IMG/VR virus record: IMGVR_UViG_2926528486_000004
Location: 885 to 64,884 of that record
DNA length: 64,000 bases
From: a virus
Taxonomy: Duplodnaviria > Caudoviricetes
Strand: one strand, 5' to 3'
Every line of letters begins with the position of its first letter. Position 1 is the stretch's first letter. A program made the translations under genes and the position numbers. Under the pieces are notes generated by a model, which was given only the letters and a program-made list of their open reading frames with translations, was not told where the DNA came from and did no database searches. Below are positions 63,029-64,000 of the stretch, one piece after another.

Positions 63029-63406
63029 TTACTTCGTGTTAATGCCTTCGATTTGGATGCCGAGGATTGATAGCGTTTTTTCGATTCCTTCTATAACACA
63101 CTCGGCTCGTGCCGTTCCGTAAGTTCCGTACTTAGTCCGATTTATTTTTTCGTAATACTCGCGCAACTTTTCTTCCGGAGATTGTTCGATAGTGAAACCG
63201 TTGACTAGTGCGGACATTATTAACTCCTGACGGGCGTCGTACGGGTCTTCTTGTACCCACTTGCGAATAAGCTTAAGTGATCGCTCATCGTAGTCATTCC
63301 ACCCAACTGCTGCGCTAACTATTTCACCGCCCGTAAATGATTCGCGAGATTCTTCGATTGCTTCCGCCACGTCGCGCGGCAAGGTTACCTTTTTAGCTTC
63401 GTTCAT
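63029..63406 (-). CDS. DUF1642-like protein
   Basis: KVTLPRDVAEAIE...ALVNGFTIE. Confidence 0.55.
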   Translation of the reverse strand: MNEAKKVTLPRDVAEAIEESRESFTGGEIVSAAVGWNDYDERSLKLIRKWVQEDPYDARQELIMSALVNGFTIEQSPEEKLREYYEKINRTKYGTYGTARAECVIEGIEKTLSILGIQIEGINTK

Positions 63407-63589
63407 TTGCGTATTCCTCCTTATTATTTATTGCATAGTTCATTTTTGCGAAAAGTTACTTGAGATAATTTCGTCGTGGCGACAATAGTGATTTTCTATT
63501 GGCGCAATGTTTAATCTTCTTAAAGATAGTTCTTGTTAAAAACATGGTTCTTCTTAGTGTCAAAGATAGCCATATCGGCGGTTACGGTG

Positions 63590-64000
63590 TCAGTCTCCGT
63601 TGACTTGGTCGCTTTTAAATATCGCCAGGCAGCTAACGGACATAATCGTATATCGCGTATTGTCCCATCTGCCGTGTTCGTCTCGGTCCTTTATCGACCT
63701 AATAACCGGCTTCCCTTCCCACCTAAACGCTAGCAGGTCGTTCACATACTTATTTGCCGTCTGCCTACTTACTCCGAGACCCTTTGCGATTTGTGACTGC
63801 GTAGGGTAGCACTGGCGCTTTTCGTTCATATGCGATGCTATAACGCAGAGTGTCGTCCAATTCTTCGGACCTAATTTCGCGATTAGCCCCGACCTTACTG
63901 CCGCTACGTACATCTTAAGGAATATTTCCTTTTCCTCTTTACCGGACGTCATGTCGTATTCGAATCGCGTTTCTACTGATAAGAGTTTACTTTCGGTCAA
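63590..64000 (-). CDS. HTH (HTH_36-like) replication initiator (start at window edge)
   Basis: CYPTQSQIAKGLGVSRQTANKYVNDL...NTRYTI. Confidence 0.75.
   Translation of the reverse strand: MTESKLLSVETRFEYDMTSGKEEKEIFLKMYVAAVRSGLIAKLGPKNWTTLCVIASHMNEKRQCYPTQSQIAKGLGVSRQTANKYVNDLLAFRWEGKPVIRSIKDRDEHGRWDNTRYTIMSVSCLAIFKSDQVNGD

Larger units (their letters stand above)
1..64000. mobile_element. Temperate Bacillaceae siphophage/prophage (both ends extend beyond window)
   Basis: Contiguous integrase, lysis, tail, head, terminase, DNA metabolism, arbitrium and replication modules; no host housekeeping genes; att sites not visible. Confidence 0.95.

Noticed and set aside
1-64000. tRNA/tmRNA genes and att sites
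   Set aside because: No cloverleaf with T-loop/CCA recognised in the intergenic gaps; prophage boundaries lie outside the window

Overview
The whole window is a temperate siphovirus (prophage) of a Bacillaceae host, transcribed almost entirely on the minus strand. Reading right to left: early/replication genes (HTH initiator, DnaC-like loader, DnaB helicase, primase); a lysis-lysogeny switch with an arbitrium cassette (aimR plus an unannotated 47-aa aimP) and a phage sigma-like factor; a DNA-metabolism operon (SSB, family A polymerase, RuvC, class II RNR, dUTPase, ThyX, dNMP kinase, Mom-like and MTase modifiers); packaging, head, tail and lysis genes; and an FtsK/replication-relaxation module, a Rep-like gene, SOS-controlled yolD and the 3' end of a tyrosine integrase. 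The most notable features missed by the ORF track are: aimP ending ...VASPGGGGIGGD; a second, orphan secreted-peptide gene; a ~380-nt densely folded RNA ahead of ssb and a ~200-nt multi-hairpin leader ahead of the late operon; two genes that appear to start at ACG; two origin-like regions sharing a hairpin motif, one with 22-bp iterons; a truncated SinI-like peptide; and a -1 frameshift in the tail chaperone. All calls were made by eye from motifs and synteny; no searches were run.
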